A DNA stretch of 64,000 bases from Bacteroidota bacterium. GTDB taxonomy: Bacteria; Bacteroidota; Ignavibacteria; Kryptoniales; JAKASW01. Positions 36,580 to 45,136 of this stretch are shown here, piece after piece. The stretch spans positions 3,869 to 67,868 of the forward strand of contig JAMCQL010000013.1 of assembly GCA_023381615.1 (NCBI GenBank), in the 5' to 3' direction. The translations under genes and the position numbers were made by a program. The first letter of the stretch is position 1. Each line of letters starts with the position of its first letter. Under the pieces are notes generated by a model. It was given only the letters and a program-made list of their open reading frames with translations. It had not been told where the DNA came from and did no database searches.

Positions 36580-36599
36580 TCCCGCTCAATTAAGCGGGA
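36580..36599 (-). terminator. Hairpin TCCCGCT-caatta-AGCGGGA downstream of the 989-aa gene
   Basis: It has a 7-bp stem. On the minus strand it is followed by the T-rich run TGTTCTTGTCGTTTTG. Confidence 0.3.
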
Positions 36600-36765
36600 C
36601 ACAATGTGAAACTCTTATTTGAAATTTATTAGCAGTTGAACGAAGAGTCAAATTGAAAGTGAGAAAAGCAAAAACAGTTCGGGTGCTTAAACGAAGTTCA
36701 GCGCGGTTTGGAAAATTTCATGGAGCGCAAAAGGATACAAAAGTCTTGCTTCCACGCGATCAAAA

Positions 36766-39735
36766 CTAAAAGTCCCAGCCGAAGAAAAACTGATAAAAGA
36801 GCCCGTGTTGAAGTCTCTGGAAATTGTCTTCAATCCTTTTGCCGATATCATATCGGAGAACAAGGACTCCGCCAAGGTTGAATCGCAGCCCGACGCCGAA
36901 ATCGCCCAGCGTAGAAGTATACACGTTATCCCAAGCAGCGCCTGCGTCGAAATACGCAGCGCCCCGGATCGCCGTAAAAAGCATTCCGCCAAATGGAAAA
37001 TTTATGTTGAGCTCGTCAATCAGCGGAAACCGCAATTCCTCGCTGGCTATCCATATTTTCTTGCCGCGAATTCCCCAGAGAGGCCAGCCGCGCAGGTCCC
37101 AGCTCCCGCCCATGAAAAATCTTCTCGATTGTTCCCCTTGATTAAAAAGCAAGGCTTCGCGCGTGGCAAACGCAACTGTCTGACTCAATCTGAAATAACG
37201 CCTGTAGTCGAGCATCACCGTGTAGTAATTCACCGAGCCGTACTCGACGTCAGTTGTGTACGCAATACTCGCGAGAAATCTGTGCCCGTCGAGCGGACCC
37301 GTCGGCCCCCACAAAGAATTGTCTTCGACATACGCGACTGAATTCGAAAAGAGAAGCGACGTTCTCTCACCCGCACCGTAATAAAGCTCTTTGTAGGTAT
37401 TGGAAAGGCTCGTCGTCGCCTCGATCCGGTCGAATCTCGAAAGCGGATAGCTCAGTGCAAAATATCCGCCGAATGTCCTCTCGTAGAAATAAATATCAGG
37501 ATCGGTTAGGTCATATTGTCGCCCGGCAAAATTGAAAATGCCGTAAGCGTAATTCGTCCTATGTGTGAGAGAAATTTTCGAAATGGCAATGTTAAAACTC
37601 TTGAGGATTTCGTCTTGCGTCTGCGCGGTGTTGAAGAGCAGGAAGTAGTATTGGTCGTTGCCAAGCATGTCGCTCAATGCCATTGCCGCCCCGCCGGAAG
37701 TTCCGAAAACCGGGTCGGTCGATATCTGGCTTTCTGCAACGTCTATGCTGTATTTCGGTACGTATGGAGTCGCCGGTGTTCCCGCTTTAGAAGAATAGCT
37801 CTCCGCGTACCATGATGTGTCGTAGTTCGTAACCGCATAAGCAAAATGTTCTTTCGAATTGTGTATTCGCTGTTCAACACTGTCTATCATTCTTATTTGA
37901 AAACTGTAGTTTTCAAACGCACTGAATACTAATCCCGATGAATCAGTCCCGACAAAATCGGGATTGAAAGCGGCGGTTGGAAAGTTCGTGATTTTGTATG
38001 ATACGACAGAATCCGTCATCGCCGACAGATTCAGCGGCATGACGAAGATGTTTTGTCCGCCGTTTTCATTGCTTACGTAAGCAATTTCCTTTCCGTCGGG
38101 CGACCATGCGGGGGCATAATCCGACTCGCGTCCTTTGGTCAGGTATTTCATCTTTCCAGATTTCAGATCCATCAAGAATAGATTGTAATAGCCTTCATCC
38201 CCGAAAATTGTCCTGTCGGACGAGAAAATGATCCACTTGTCGTCAGGCGACCAAACAGGATCCCTGTCGTCATAGTAGCCGTGCGTCAACTTGTGAAGCA
38301 AACCAGACTGCAAATCATAAGTATATATGTTGAAGTATCCGGCCATAGAAGCGCCGGAGAAAACGATTTTCTCTCCGTCGGGCGAAAAAGAAACCGACCC
38401 AATTCTGCTTATGTCTTCGAGGCGTTTTTGACCGACGATTTTCTTTTTCTCCACATCATACAAATGCAGGACATCGGTCTCGCCGCTCTTCGAAACAAAT
38501 GCGAGCAAGCCGCCGCGCGAAATCGCCATCTTGTCCGACGGAAGATGGAAAGCCTCGAACTCGCTCGTGCGTTCTCCTTTTACGATCGGAACAGGCTGAG
38601 ATTTTTCAGCGAGCCGCTGCTCATAAACGTCTGTGTAGCCGCGGTGATTACCGATATAATAAATGTATTCTTTCCCGTCATGCGCCCTGTAAAAAACAGG
38701 AGTGTCGTTGAACCCTTTGGAATAGATGTCCCGCGTGACATGTGAAGGCAAATCATGCGAAGAAAGAAGCGGATAGTATTTCTTCTGGAGATGGTAGACC
38801 CAAATTTTGTCGAATTCCTTGTAGTTCAATCCGATCGTCAATTTCATATCTTCTTCAAAAGTTGAAGTCTTCCAGAAGTTTTCCATCAGCAAAAGAATCT
38901 TATCATCGCCGTAGTGTTCCGAAATAAATTTCAGGATATTCTGTCCTTCTTTGTACATCAGGAACGTTCCGTAGATTCTCGTCATGTCGGAGAGCGGAAC
39001 AAGATAGCCGCTCAGAACCGCATCGCGGATTACCATCTCCGCCTGATCGTCCCAGTTCGTCGACCAGAATTCTGCAAGTCCCTCGGAAAACCAGAGCGGA
39101 GGCTCGCGGTCGGTGCTCAGCCGATGATCACGAAGCACACGTGCAATCTTCGCCGTCATGAAAACATGTATAAGCTCGTGTCGAATCACGTGCCTCAACT
39201 GGTACAGCGAGCCGTCGTAAGGAATCACCACGCGTCCTTTCATGTATTCAAAGAAGCCGCCGACGCCTTCAGGTATGAATCCGGGAATGGTGTTCGTCTG
39301 CTCAAAGTACAAATGAGATGAATAGAGTATTAGCGGGATGCGGTGCGTGATGTTGATGTCGAACTTATTTTCCAAATAGCGGTAGCCGTCTTCGGCAATT
39401 TGAGCGCTCTGATTCGCAAGCTCGGTCATCTCAGGATAAAAGTAGATTTCGAAATGCTCAGTCCGAAGAGTTTGCCAGCGGAAATTAGTGTACTGGACCT
39501 TGTTTTGGCCAAAGTAATAAAACTGCGCCTCAGCGGCAGAAGCAAGGAACATAATCGGGAGTATGAAACGGATAATTTTGGTCACTGGTAGCTTAAAAAT
39601 GGGAAAAGTTGGCAATTTCCGCAAGACCAAATGGGATGGAATGAATTGGGATAGTTGAAGAACGGAATGATAGAAGGATGAAACGACGTGACCGTCACTG
39701 GAGTTTATCCCTCCTTGCGAGAAAGTGACGGTCAC
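36766..39735 (-). CDS. Outer-membrane fusion protein: peptidase-MA-like (HExxH) domain + PD40/TolB-like beta-propeller + Omp85 (bacterial surface antigen) beta-barrel
   Basis: The zinc site reads IRHELIHVF ... WFSEGLAEFWS. PD40 repeats include DPVWSPDDKWIIFSSDR and APAWSPDGKEIAYVSNENGGQNIFVM. The C-terminal barrel reads FFMGGSWDLRGWP...RFPL...AAYFDAGAAW...VLRYDIG and ends ...FFFGWDF. The likely true start is GTG 39585, giving MTKIIRFILPIMFLASAAEAQ, a good signal peptide. Confidence 0.7.
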   Translation of the reverse strand: MTVTFSQGGINSSDGHVVSSFYHSVLQLSQFIPSHLVLRKLPTFPIFKLPVTKIIRFILPIMFLASAAEAQFYYFGQNKVQYTNFRWQTLRTEHFEIYFYPEMTELANQSAQIAEDGYRYLENKFDINITHRIPLILYSSHLYFEQTNTIPGFIPEGVGGFFEYMKGRVVIPYDGSLYQLRHVIRHELIHVFMTAKIARVLRDHRLSTDREPPLWFSEGLAEFWSTNWDDQAEMVIRDAVLSGYLVPLSDMTRIYGTFLMYKEGQNILKFISEHYGDDKILLLMENFWKTSTFEEDMKLTIGLNYKEFDKIWVYHLQKKYYPLLSSHDLPSHVTRDIYSKGFNDTPVFYRAHDGKEYIYYIGNHRGYTDVYEQRLAEKSQPVPIVKGERTSEFEAFHLPSDKMAISRGGLLAFVSKSGETDVLHLYDVEKKKIVGQKRLEDISRIGSVSFSPDGEKIVFSGASMAGYFNIYTYDLQSGLLHKLTHGYYDDRDPVWSPDDKWIIFSSDRTIFGDEGYYNLFLMDLKSGKMKYLTKGRESDYAPAWSPDGKEIAYVSNENGGQNIFVMPLNLSAMTDSVVSYKITNFPTAAFNPDFVGTDSSGLVFSAFENYSFQIRMIDSVEQRIHNSKEHFAYAVTNYDTSWYAESYSSKAGTPATPYVPKYSIDVAESQISTDPVFGTSGGAAMALSDMLGNDQYYFLLFNTAQTQDEILKSFNIAISKISLTHRTNYAYGIFNFAGRQYDLTDPDIYFYERTFGGYFALSYPLSRFDRIEATTSLSNTYKELYYGAGERTSLLFSNSVAYVEDNSLWGPTGPLDGHRFLASIAYTTDVEYGSVNYYTVMLDYRRYFRLSQTVAFATREALLFNQGEQSRRFFMGGSWDLRGWPLWGIRGKKIWIASEELRFPLIDELNINFPFGGMLFTAIRGAAYFDAGAAWDNVYTSTLGDFGVGLRFNLGGVLVLRYDIGKRIEDNFQRLQHGLFYQFFFGWDF

Positions 39736-39749
39736 ATAGGAAAGCCAGC

Positions 39750-40802
39750 CTAGTTCAATCGGCTGAGACGCTTTTTGAGAATATCTATGTTCGTCACCGG
39801 TGTCGGATCAACACCTTTTTTTACGGCGAGATAAAAGCTCAGCCAGTCGCCGAAATGTATCAGGCTGAACATTCGGGCGAGGAGACTCTTGCCCTGCGAA
39901 TGAAGTTCCACGACATCCATGCAATACGGACGAATTATTTCTTTCACAAGATCGAACCGTGCTTTCACGCGAGGGTGGTCTTCTTTGTCAAGCAGATAAA
40001 TCACCGTGAAGCGCATGAGAACGTCGCGAAGTGTCGAATACCCGACGATCTCATTATGATTCATTTCCGGAAACAAGTTTCCGTACGCGACAGTCTTTGC
40101 ATTCTCAGAGATCTGGCCGCGCCAGCGCAAGTTGACTGCGTCAAGCCGCTCGGACGACGAGTAAACAATAGGCAAAGCGTTGACCATTTGCTCGGCAAGC
40201 TTCAATGGCTGAGGATTATTGCCGTAATCGGAATATTCGTCGCTGACGTTACGCAAGAGTTCCAATGTCTCTTTCACTTCGGCCTGTTTTGCTCTTATGA
40301 TCCCGGCTTTTTGAAACGCGGTCAGCATTGTAAAGAAAGAATAACCGAGCGCCGCGCGAGGAGGAAGTCCGCCGGGAATTTTTATCCAACTGCCGTGTGA
40401 TTTCTCCGCCACCTCTCCGATTTTTCCTCCGGAAGTAATGACAAGAATTTGGGCGCCTTTTTTCTTTGCCTGCGCGTAAGCTGAAATAGTTTCTTCCGTT
40501 CCACCAGAATAGCTCGATACGACAACCAGCGTATTCTTGTCAACGAACTGCGGAAGTGTATAACTGCGATTAACAATAATAGGAACCGGCGATTGTCCCG
40601 CAGAGTAACTTCTCAGGATGTCTCCGCCGATCGCCGATCCGCCGAGTCCTGTTATCACAATATTTCTGATCTTTGATAAGGATAATTTGAGCTTTGCGCT
40701 TTTTGCTATGTCTATAGCTTCCGCTGCCTGCTCGGGAAAAGATTTGATCAAATCGTACATGCCGGCATTGTCAACATTCTTAATATCAATCTCGCTAATC
40801 AA
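39750..40802 (-). CDS. Bifunctional phosphoglucose/phosphomannose isomerase (SIS-domain PGI/PMI family)
   Basis: The 350-aa product has SIS motifs (ITGLGGSAIGGDIL and VVVSSYSGGTEET). Its length and layout match the archaeal-type PGI/PMI family. Confidence 0.75.
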   Translation of the reverse strand: MISEIDIKNVDNAGMYDLIKSFPEQAAEAIDIAKSAKLKLSLSKIRNIVITGLGGSAIGGDILRSYSAGQSPVPIIVNRSYTLPQFVDKNTLVVVSSYSGGTEETISAYAQAKKKGAQILVITSGGKIGEVAEKSHGSWIKIPGGLPPRAALGYSFFTMLTAFQKAGIIRAKQAEVKETLELLRNVSDEYSDYGNNPQPLKLAEQMVNALPIVYSSSERLDAVNLRWRGQISENAKTVAYGNLFPEMNHNEIVGYSTLRDVLMRFTVIYLLDKEDHPRVKARFDLVKEIIRPYCMDVVELHSQGKSLLARMFSLIHFGDWLSFYLAVKKGVDPTPVTNIDILKKRLSRLN

Positions 40803-42600
40803 GATTTTCCTCGCTGATGGTGGTGAAATAGATTCTTTCGAATCGTGTTTTCAAATATTCGTTAAGCGACTTCTTTATTTCGGCAGGTGAGTCTATTTTC
40901 AACAGCTGTCTCGCGAACTTGCGGGCGCTCTTGTAGTTTGTGTCTCGAATGATTTTTTTCAGAATAGGCAGCACCGAGCTGACGGCGCTGAACTCATCAA
41001 GTCCCATTCCGAGAAGCATGACCGTCGCGAGAGGATTTCCTGCCATCTCTCCGCACATTGCAACCTTGACGCCGGCATCATGGCCAGCATCAATTATATA
41101 TTTTATCGTCCTCAAAACTGCAGGGTGAAATTCTTCATAAACGTTGGCGACAAGCTCGTTGGTTCTATCAACCGCCAGCAGATATTGTGTCAGATCATTT
41201 GTTCCGATGCTAAGGAAACTGACGTGCCGTGCGATTTCTTTGCTCAAGAGCGCAGCCGACGGAATCTCAATCATTACGCCAACTTCGATTTTCTTATCAT
41301 AATTCACTTTCTGAGAATCCAGTGAGCGCTTTGCTTCATCAAAAATTTCATTCGCTCTTGTCACCTCATCCACAGTCGCGACCATCGGATACATTATCTT
41401 GCATTTTCCGTACGCGCTTGCGCGGAGAATCGCTCTAAACTGATCCTTAAGCAATTCGGGACGGTCGAGCATCATCCGGATTCCTCTCCATCCTAAAAAC
41501 GGGTTTGCCTCGGCGTGGTCTTGGACGAACATTTTGTCGCCGCCAATGTCGAAAGTCCTGTACACTACCGGATTAGGATAGGCTTCCTCTGCGGCCTTCT
41601 TGAAAATCTCAAATTGAGTTTCCTCGTCGGGAATTGCCTCTGAATTGATTATTAAAGTCTCCGTGCGGAAAAGTCCAACCCCATCAGCACCGTGCGGTTT
41701 TAGCAGCGGAAGTTCCTCAAGAAGCTCGATGTTGGCTTCGACAAAGATTCTTCTTCCGTCGGTCGTCAGTGCAGGCTCATTCGCTTCAACAAGAAGCTCA
41801 GCGTCGAGTCTCTCGCACCAGCTCTTCCTCTCAGAATATTTCTTGACCGTACTTCCGGTCGGATTCATTACCACAACGCCTCGATAGCCGTCGAGGATCA
41901 AATCCATTCCGTCATGGGCATGCTTCGTCGCTTCCTTCAAGCCGACGACGGCCGGAATCCCGAGCGAACGCGAAAGTATGGATGCGTGGGATCGCGCTCC
42001 GCCAAAATCGCTCGCATAACCGAGAACCGCATTGCGGCTAAGAAGAACTGCATCCGCAGGAGTAAGTTCGCTCGTCACGACAATCGGCGTGCCTTCGAAC
42101 CGCGACTTCAATTTTGCATCCGCGAGATTCCGGATAATTCTGTTCCGCACATCTTCTATTTCGAAAGCACGGAGTTTAAAAATCTCGCTGTCGCTTTTTC
42201 TGAGCTGTTCTATCTGCCGCGAGAATTCATCCGCCACGACGAATTCCGCATTTTTTCTCTCCGCAACGATCCTCCGCTTTATTGCATCGACAAAAATCGG
42301 ATCCGAGATCATCAAAAGCTGAGCTTCAAATATCTTCGCCTTGTCGCTTCCGATTTTCTCAAAAGCAGTGTTGTAAACCTTCTCGAGTTCGTATGTGGAA
42401 CGCTCCAAAGATTTCTGGAGCCTGTCGAGTTCGAGAGAAGGATCATCGACAGATCTTTCCTCGACAACGATACCGTCTTTCTTCAAAACGACGGCTTTCC
42501 CTATGGCGATGCCGGGCGATGCCGGGACGCCGCGAAGAACAATCTCTTCGCTGGCCGCCGAATGTTCCGAAATTTCAAAGCTCATCAAATCCTCTGTCAA
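40795..42600 (-). CDS. ptsI: Phosphoenolpyruvate-protein phosphotransferase (PTS Enzyme I)
   Basis: The product reads GVPASPGIAIGKAVV, has the active-site His region GGARSHASILSRSLGIPAVVG, and reads GLFRTE and FLSIGTNDLTQY. Confidence 0.9.
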   Translation of the reverse strand: MTEDLMSFEISEHSAASEEIVLRGVPASPGIAIGKAVVLKKDGIVVEERSVDDPSLELDRLQKSLERSTYELEKVYNTAFEKIGSDKAKIFEAQLLMISDPIFVDAIKRRIVAERKNAEFVVADEFSRQIEQLRKSDSEIFKLRAFEIEDVRNRIIRNLADAKLKSRFEGTPIVVTSELTPADAVLLSRNAVLGYASDFGGARSHASILSRSLGIPAVVGLKEATKHAHDGMDLILDGYRGVVVMNPTGSTVKKYSERKSWCERLDAELLVEANEPALTTDGRRIFVEANIELLEELPLLKPHGADGVGLFRTETLIINSEAIPDEETQFEIFKKAAEEAYPNPVVYRTFDIGGDKMFVQDHAEANPFLGWRGIRMMLDRPELLKDQFRAILRASAYGKCKIMYPMVATVDEVTRANEIFDEAKRSLDSQKVNYDKKIEVGVMIEIPSAALLSKEIARHVSFLSIGTNDLTQYLLAVDRTNELVANVYEEFHPAVLRTIKYIIDAGHDAGVKVAMCGEMAGNPLATVMLLGMGLDEFSAVSSVLPILKKIIRDTNYKSARKFARQLLKIDSPAEIKKSLNEYLKTRFERIYFTTISEENLD

Positions 42601-42844
42601 AAAAATCCACTACCGTTGTAAGAGCTGCTTCTTCGTCTTCGCCCTCGAACATCAATAAAATTCTTGAACCCTGTTCGGCCGCAAGCGTCATCACGCCGAT
42701 TATGCTTTTACCGTTGACACGGTATCCATCTCTTTCAAGATAGAACTCGGATTTATACTTCGCCGCAAGTTTGACAAGCGATGCCGCCGGACGGGTATGC
42801 AGACCGAGGCGATTTTTCACCACGACTTCTTGTTGAACCATCAA
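42575..42844 (-). CDS. ptsH: Phosphocarrier protein HPr
   Basis: The 89-aa product has the His-15 site (NRLGLHTRPAA) and the Ser-46 region (VNGKSIIGVMTL). Confidence 0.85.
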   Translation of the reverse strand: MMVQQEVVVKNRLGLHTRPAASLVKLAAKYKSEFYLERDGYRVNGKSIIGVMTLAAEQGSRILLMFEGEDEEAALTTVVDFFDRGFDEL

Positions 42845-43821
42845 AATTTTCTCTGCACAAGTGAATTTGCCAGCTCAACAAGTGCATCTTTACCATCAGA
42901 CTCCTTTAACATTTTCAGACTCTCCAGAGCACGCACAGTATAGTCCGCAACTTCGTTCTTCGCCGCGTTGAAAATTCCGCCATCGCGGTAAGTATCCCGC
43001 ACTGAGACGACGTCGGTTTCGCTTATTGACGACTTTCTATATGCAGCGTTCACAACTTCAAATCTTTTTTCATCCAATGATTGCTGAGCTTTTAGAAATA
43101 AGTAGTTCTTCTTCTTTTCAATTATGTCAAGCCCCCGCGGCTTCCCAAATCTTTCAACGTCGCCTTCGAGGTCGAGCATATCGTCTAAAATCTGAAATGC
43201 TATCCCAATATTCAACCCAAAATTTCCGAGCAAATCGATCTCTTTGGAGGTTCCTCCGCCAAGAAGCCCACCCAATTTTCCGGCAGCCATCAGCAAAGCG
43301 CCTGTTTTTTTCGAAATCATGTCTATATATGCAGGCATTGTCGCACCATCTACTTTGCTCAGGCTTTCATCAAGCGCCTGGCCGTCGCAAACCTGCTTAA
43401 CGCCTTCATTGAAAATCTGCAATCCCTCCCGCAGATGCTCCTTACTGCATTTCTCAAGGCAATCGTACGCAAGCGCCATCATCAGATCGCCGACGAGTAT
43501 TGCCGTATTGACACCACTCGTTACGTGCACAGTAGTTTTCCCGCGGCGAGTATCAGCGTTGTCCATTATGTCGTCATGCACAAGCGTGAAGTTGTGGAGA
43601 ATCTCAATTGCAGCAGCGGCGTGCAATACATCCTTGTTGAACTTGCCGACCGCTTCCGCCGCCAAAATTGTCAGCAGCGGACGAACTCTTTTCCCACCCA
43701 TCGAGAATACATATTCAATATTGCCTTCGAGAGGTGAATCTGCGACCAATTCAAGCGAACCCTCAAGTTCACTTTCAACCATCAAACGGCGTTGTTCAAA
43801 ATATTCAGTAAAATTTTTCAA
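42841..43821 (-). CDS. Polyprenyl diphosphate synthase (FPP/GGPP synthase family)
   Basis: The 326-aa product has the first Asp-rich motif (FTLVHDDIMD) and the second (AFQILDDMLD). Confidence 0.9.
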   Translation of the reverse strand: MKNFTEYFEQRRLMVESELEGSLELVADSPLEGNIEYVFSMGGKRVRPLLTILAAEAVGKFNKDVLHAAAAIEILHNFTLVHDDIMDNADTRRGKTTVHVTSGVNTAILVGDLMMALAYDCLEKCSKEHLREGLQIFNEGVKQVCDGQALDESLSKVDGATMPAYIDMISKKTGALLMAAGKLGGLLGGGTSKEIDLLGNFGLNIGIAFQILDDMLDLEGDVERFGKPRGLDIIEKKKNYLFLKAQQSLDEKRFEVVNAAYRKSSISETDVVSVRDTYRDGGIFNAAKNEVADYTVRALESLKMLKESDGKDALVELANSLVQRKF

Positions 43822-44951
43822 ATAGTGACCTTCAACAATTTTGCTTTCTTAAGTTGAGCTAAGTTCTTGCTTCCGGTCAAGAACATCGCACCTTTTAATT
43901 CTTCGACCCAGGCATCGAACTCTTTCACCAAACCTTTCACGCCGTCTTTGTCGAGCGCTTTCAGGAATGGCTGAGCAGCTGCACAGATGTCCGCGCCGAG
44001 ACCTATCGACTTTGCAACATCCAAACCATCCCGGATTCCGCCGGAAGAAATGAGCTTAATTTTCTTTCTCGACGGAAGCGAGTTGACTTGAATCAAAGCG
44101 TCAGCAGTTGGGATTCCCCAATTCCAGAACTTTCTTCCGATTCGCTTGTCGGTTCGCCGAAGCGTCTCGATTGCAGCCCAGCTCGTTCCGCCCGCACCGG
44201 AGACATCGATCGCAGACACGCCTGCTCCAATTAATTTTTTTGCAGCATCCGCGCCGATGCCTGCTCCGGTCTCTTTCACAATTACCGGAATCTTTATCTT
44301 CTCGACAAGTTTCGAAATGCCTTTTACCACACCGCAAAAATTCTTGTCGCCTTCGAATTGAATAAGTTCCTGCAGAGCATTGAGATGAACGGCGAGCGCA
44401 TCGGCTTCAACCATGTCGATAATTTTTCGGACTTTATCCAGGGCGAAGCCATCGGCAACCTGCGCGGCTCCGATGTTGCTCATTACAAAAATATCTTTTG
44501 CTGTGCGGCGAACAACCTTGAACGTCTCAAGATAGTCGCTGTTTTCAAGCGCTTGTCTCTGGCTGCCGACGCCCATTCCGATATTTTTATCTTTGCAAAA
44601 CTCAGCGAGCGCGGCGTTGATGTAACCCGCACGTTTAAAGCCTCCGGTCATCGAGGAAGCGATAATCGGCGCGGAGAACTTATGGGAAAGGAACTTGACG
44701 GTTGTATCTATTTCTGCATAGTCGATTTCCGGCAATGCGTTGTGAACAAACTCATATTTCTCAAGCCCGGTTGACTTGTAATAATCGATTTGCTCATTCA
44801 AAACAATATCAACGTGGCTTGATTTCCGCTTAGCGGTTTGATCCATTCCCGCAAATGCGGGATCTCGCCCCGCTAACGGGGTCTCACTGCGCGATGACTT
44901 TGTGCTCGACATGTGTGTTGAAAAAATAGCCGTAAAGGCAAAAATATGCAA
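43818..44951 (-). CDS. fni: Type 2 isopentenyl-diphosphate delta-isomerase (FMN-dependent IDI-2)
   Basis: The product reads RKSSHVDIVLNE, SAPIIASSMTGG, VIVKETGAGI and SGAGGTSWAAIE. The probable true start is ATG 44846 (MDQTAKRK...). The first 35 track codons run through GC-rich hairpin repeats. Confidence 0.85.
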   Translation of the reverse strand: MHIFAFTAIFSTHMSSTKSSRSETPLAGRDPAFAGMDQTAKRKSSHVDIVLNEQIDYYKSTGLEKYEFVHNALPEIDYAEIDTTVKFLSHKFSAPIIASSMTGGFKRAGYINAALAEFCKDKNIGMGVGSQRQALENSDYLETFKVVRRTAKDIFVMSNIGAAQVADGFALDKVRKIIDMVEADALAVHLNALQELIQFEGDKNFCGVVKGISKLVEKIKIPVIVKETGAGIGADAAKKLIGAGVSAIDVSGAGGTSWAAIETLRRTDKRIGRKFWNWGIPTADALIQVNSLPSRKKIKLISSGGIRDGLDVAKSIGLGADICAAAQPFLKALDKDGVKGLVKEFDAWVEELKGAMFLTGSKNLAQLKKAKLLKVTI

Positions 44952-45050
44952 GGTTGGCTTGATTAGTCGAAAAAGAATAGTGTCCTTCCGCTCGCCGACT
45001 TGAGAGGTTTTCTCGCTCCCATGCTCTCAGACTGTGTCACAATTATCTAT

Positions 45051-45131
45051 TTCCTCTCCCTTGATGGGCCTACGGCTCGACGAGTCGAGTCATCGACCTC
45101 GTAGAGGAGAGGATTAAGGTGAGGGTGATAA
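45051..45131. repeat. Intergenic palindromic repeat element (family with termini TTCCTCTCCCTTG ... GAGGGTGATAA)
   Basis: It sits 6 bp downstream of the mntH stop. Its termini resemble those of the element at 49065-49171. Its 34-bp core (45076-45109) recurs at 52798-52831 with 30 of 34 positions identical. Confidence 0.6.
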
Positions 45132-45136
45132 ATGAA

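Noticed and set aside
41914-42621. A 235-aa plus-strand ORF, and other long antisense ORFs: 43244..43825, 39855..40400, 46722..47420, 61894..62505, 36805..37341, 30504..31070 and 62520..63035.
   Set aside because: Each lies fully antisense to a strongly supported gene (ptsI, the prenyl synthase, PGI/PMI, yjbQ/amylase, the alpha-galactosidase-like gene, the Omp85 fusion, hemN, the acyl-CoA ligase). Their products are Arg/Ser-rich and low-complexity, as expected from shadow frames.
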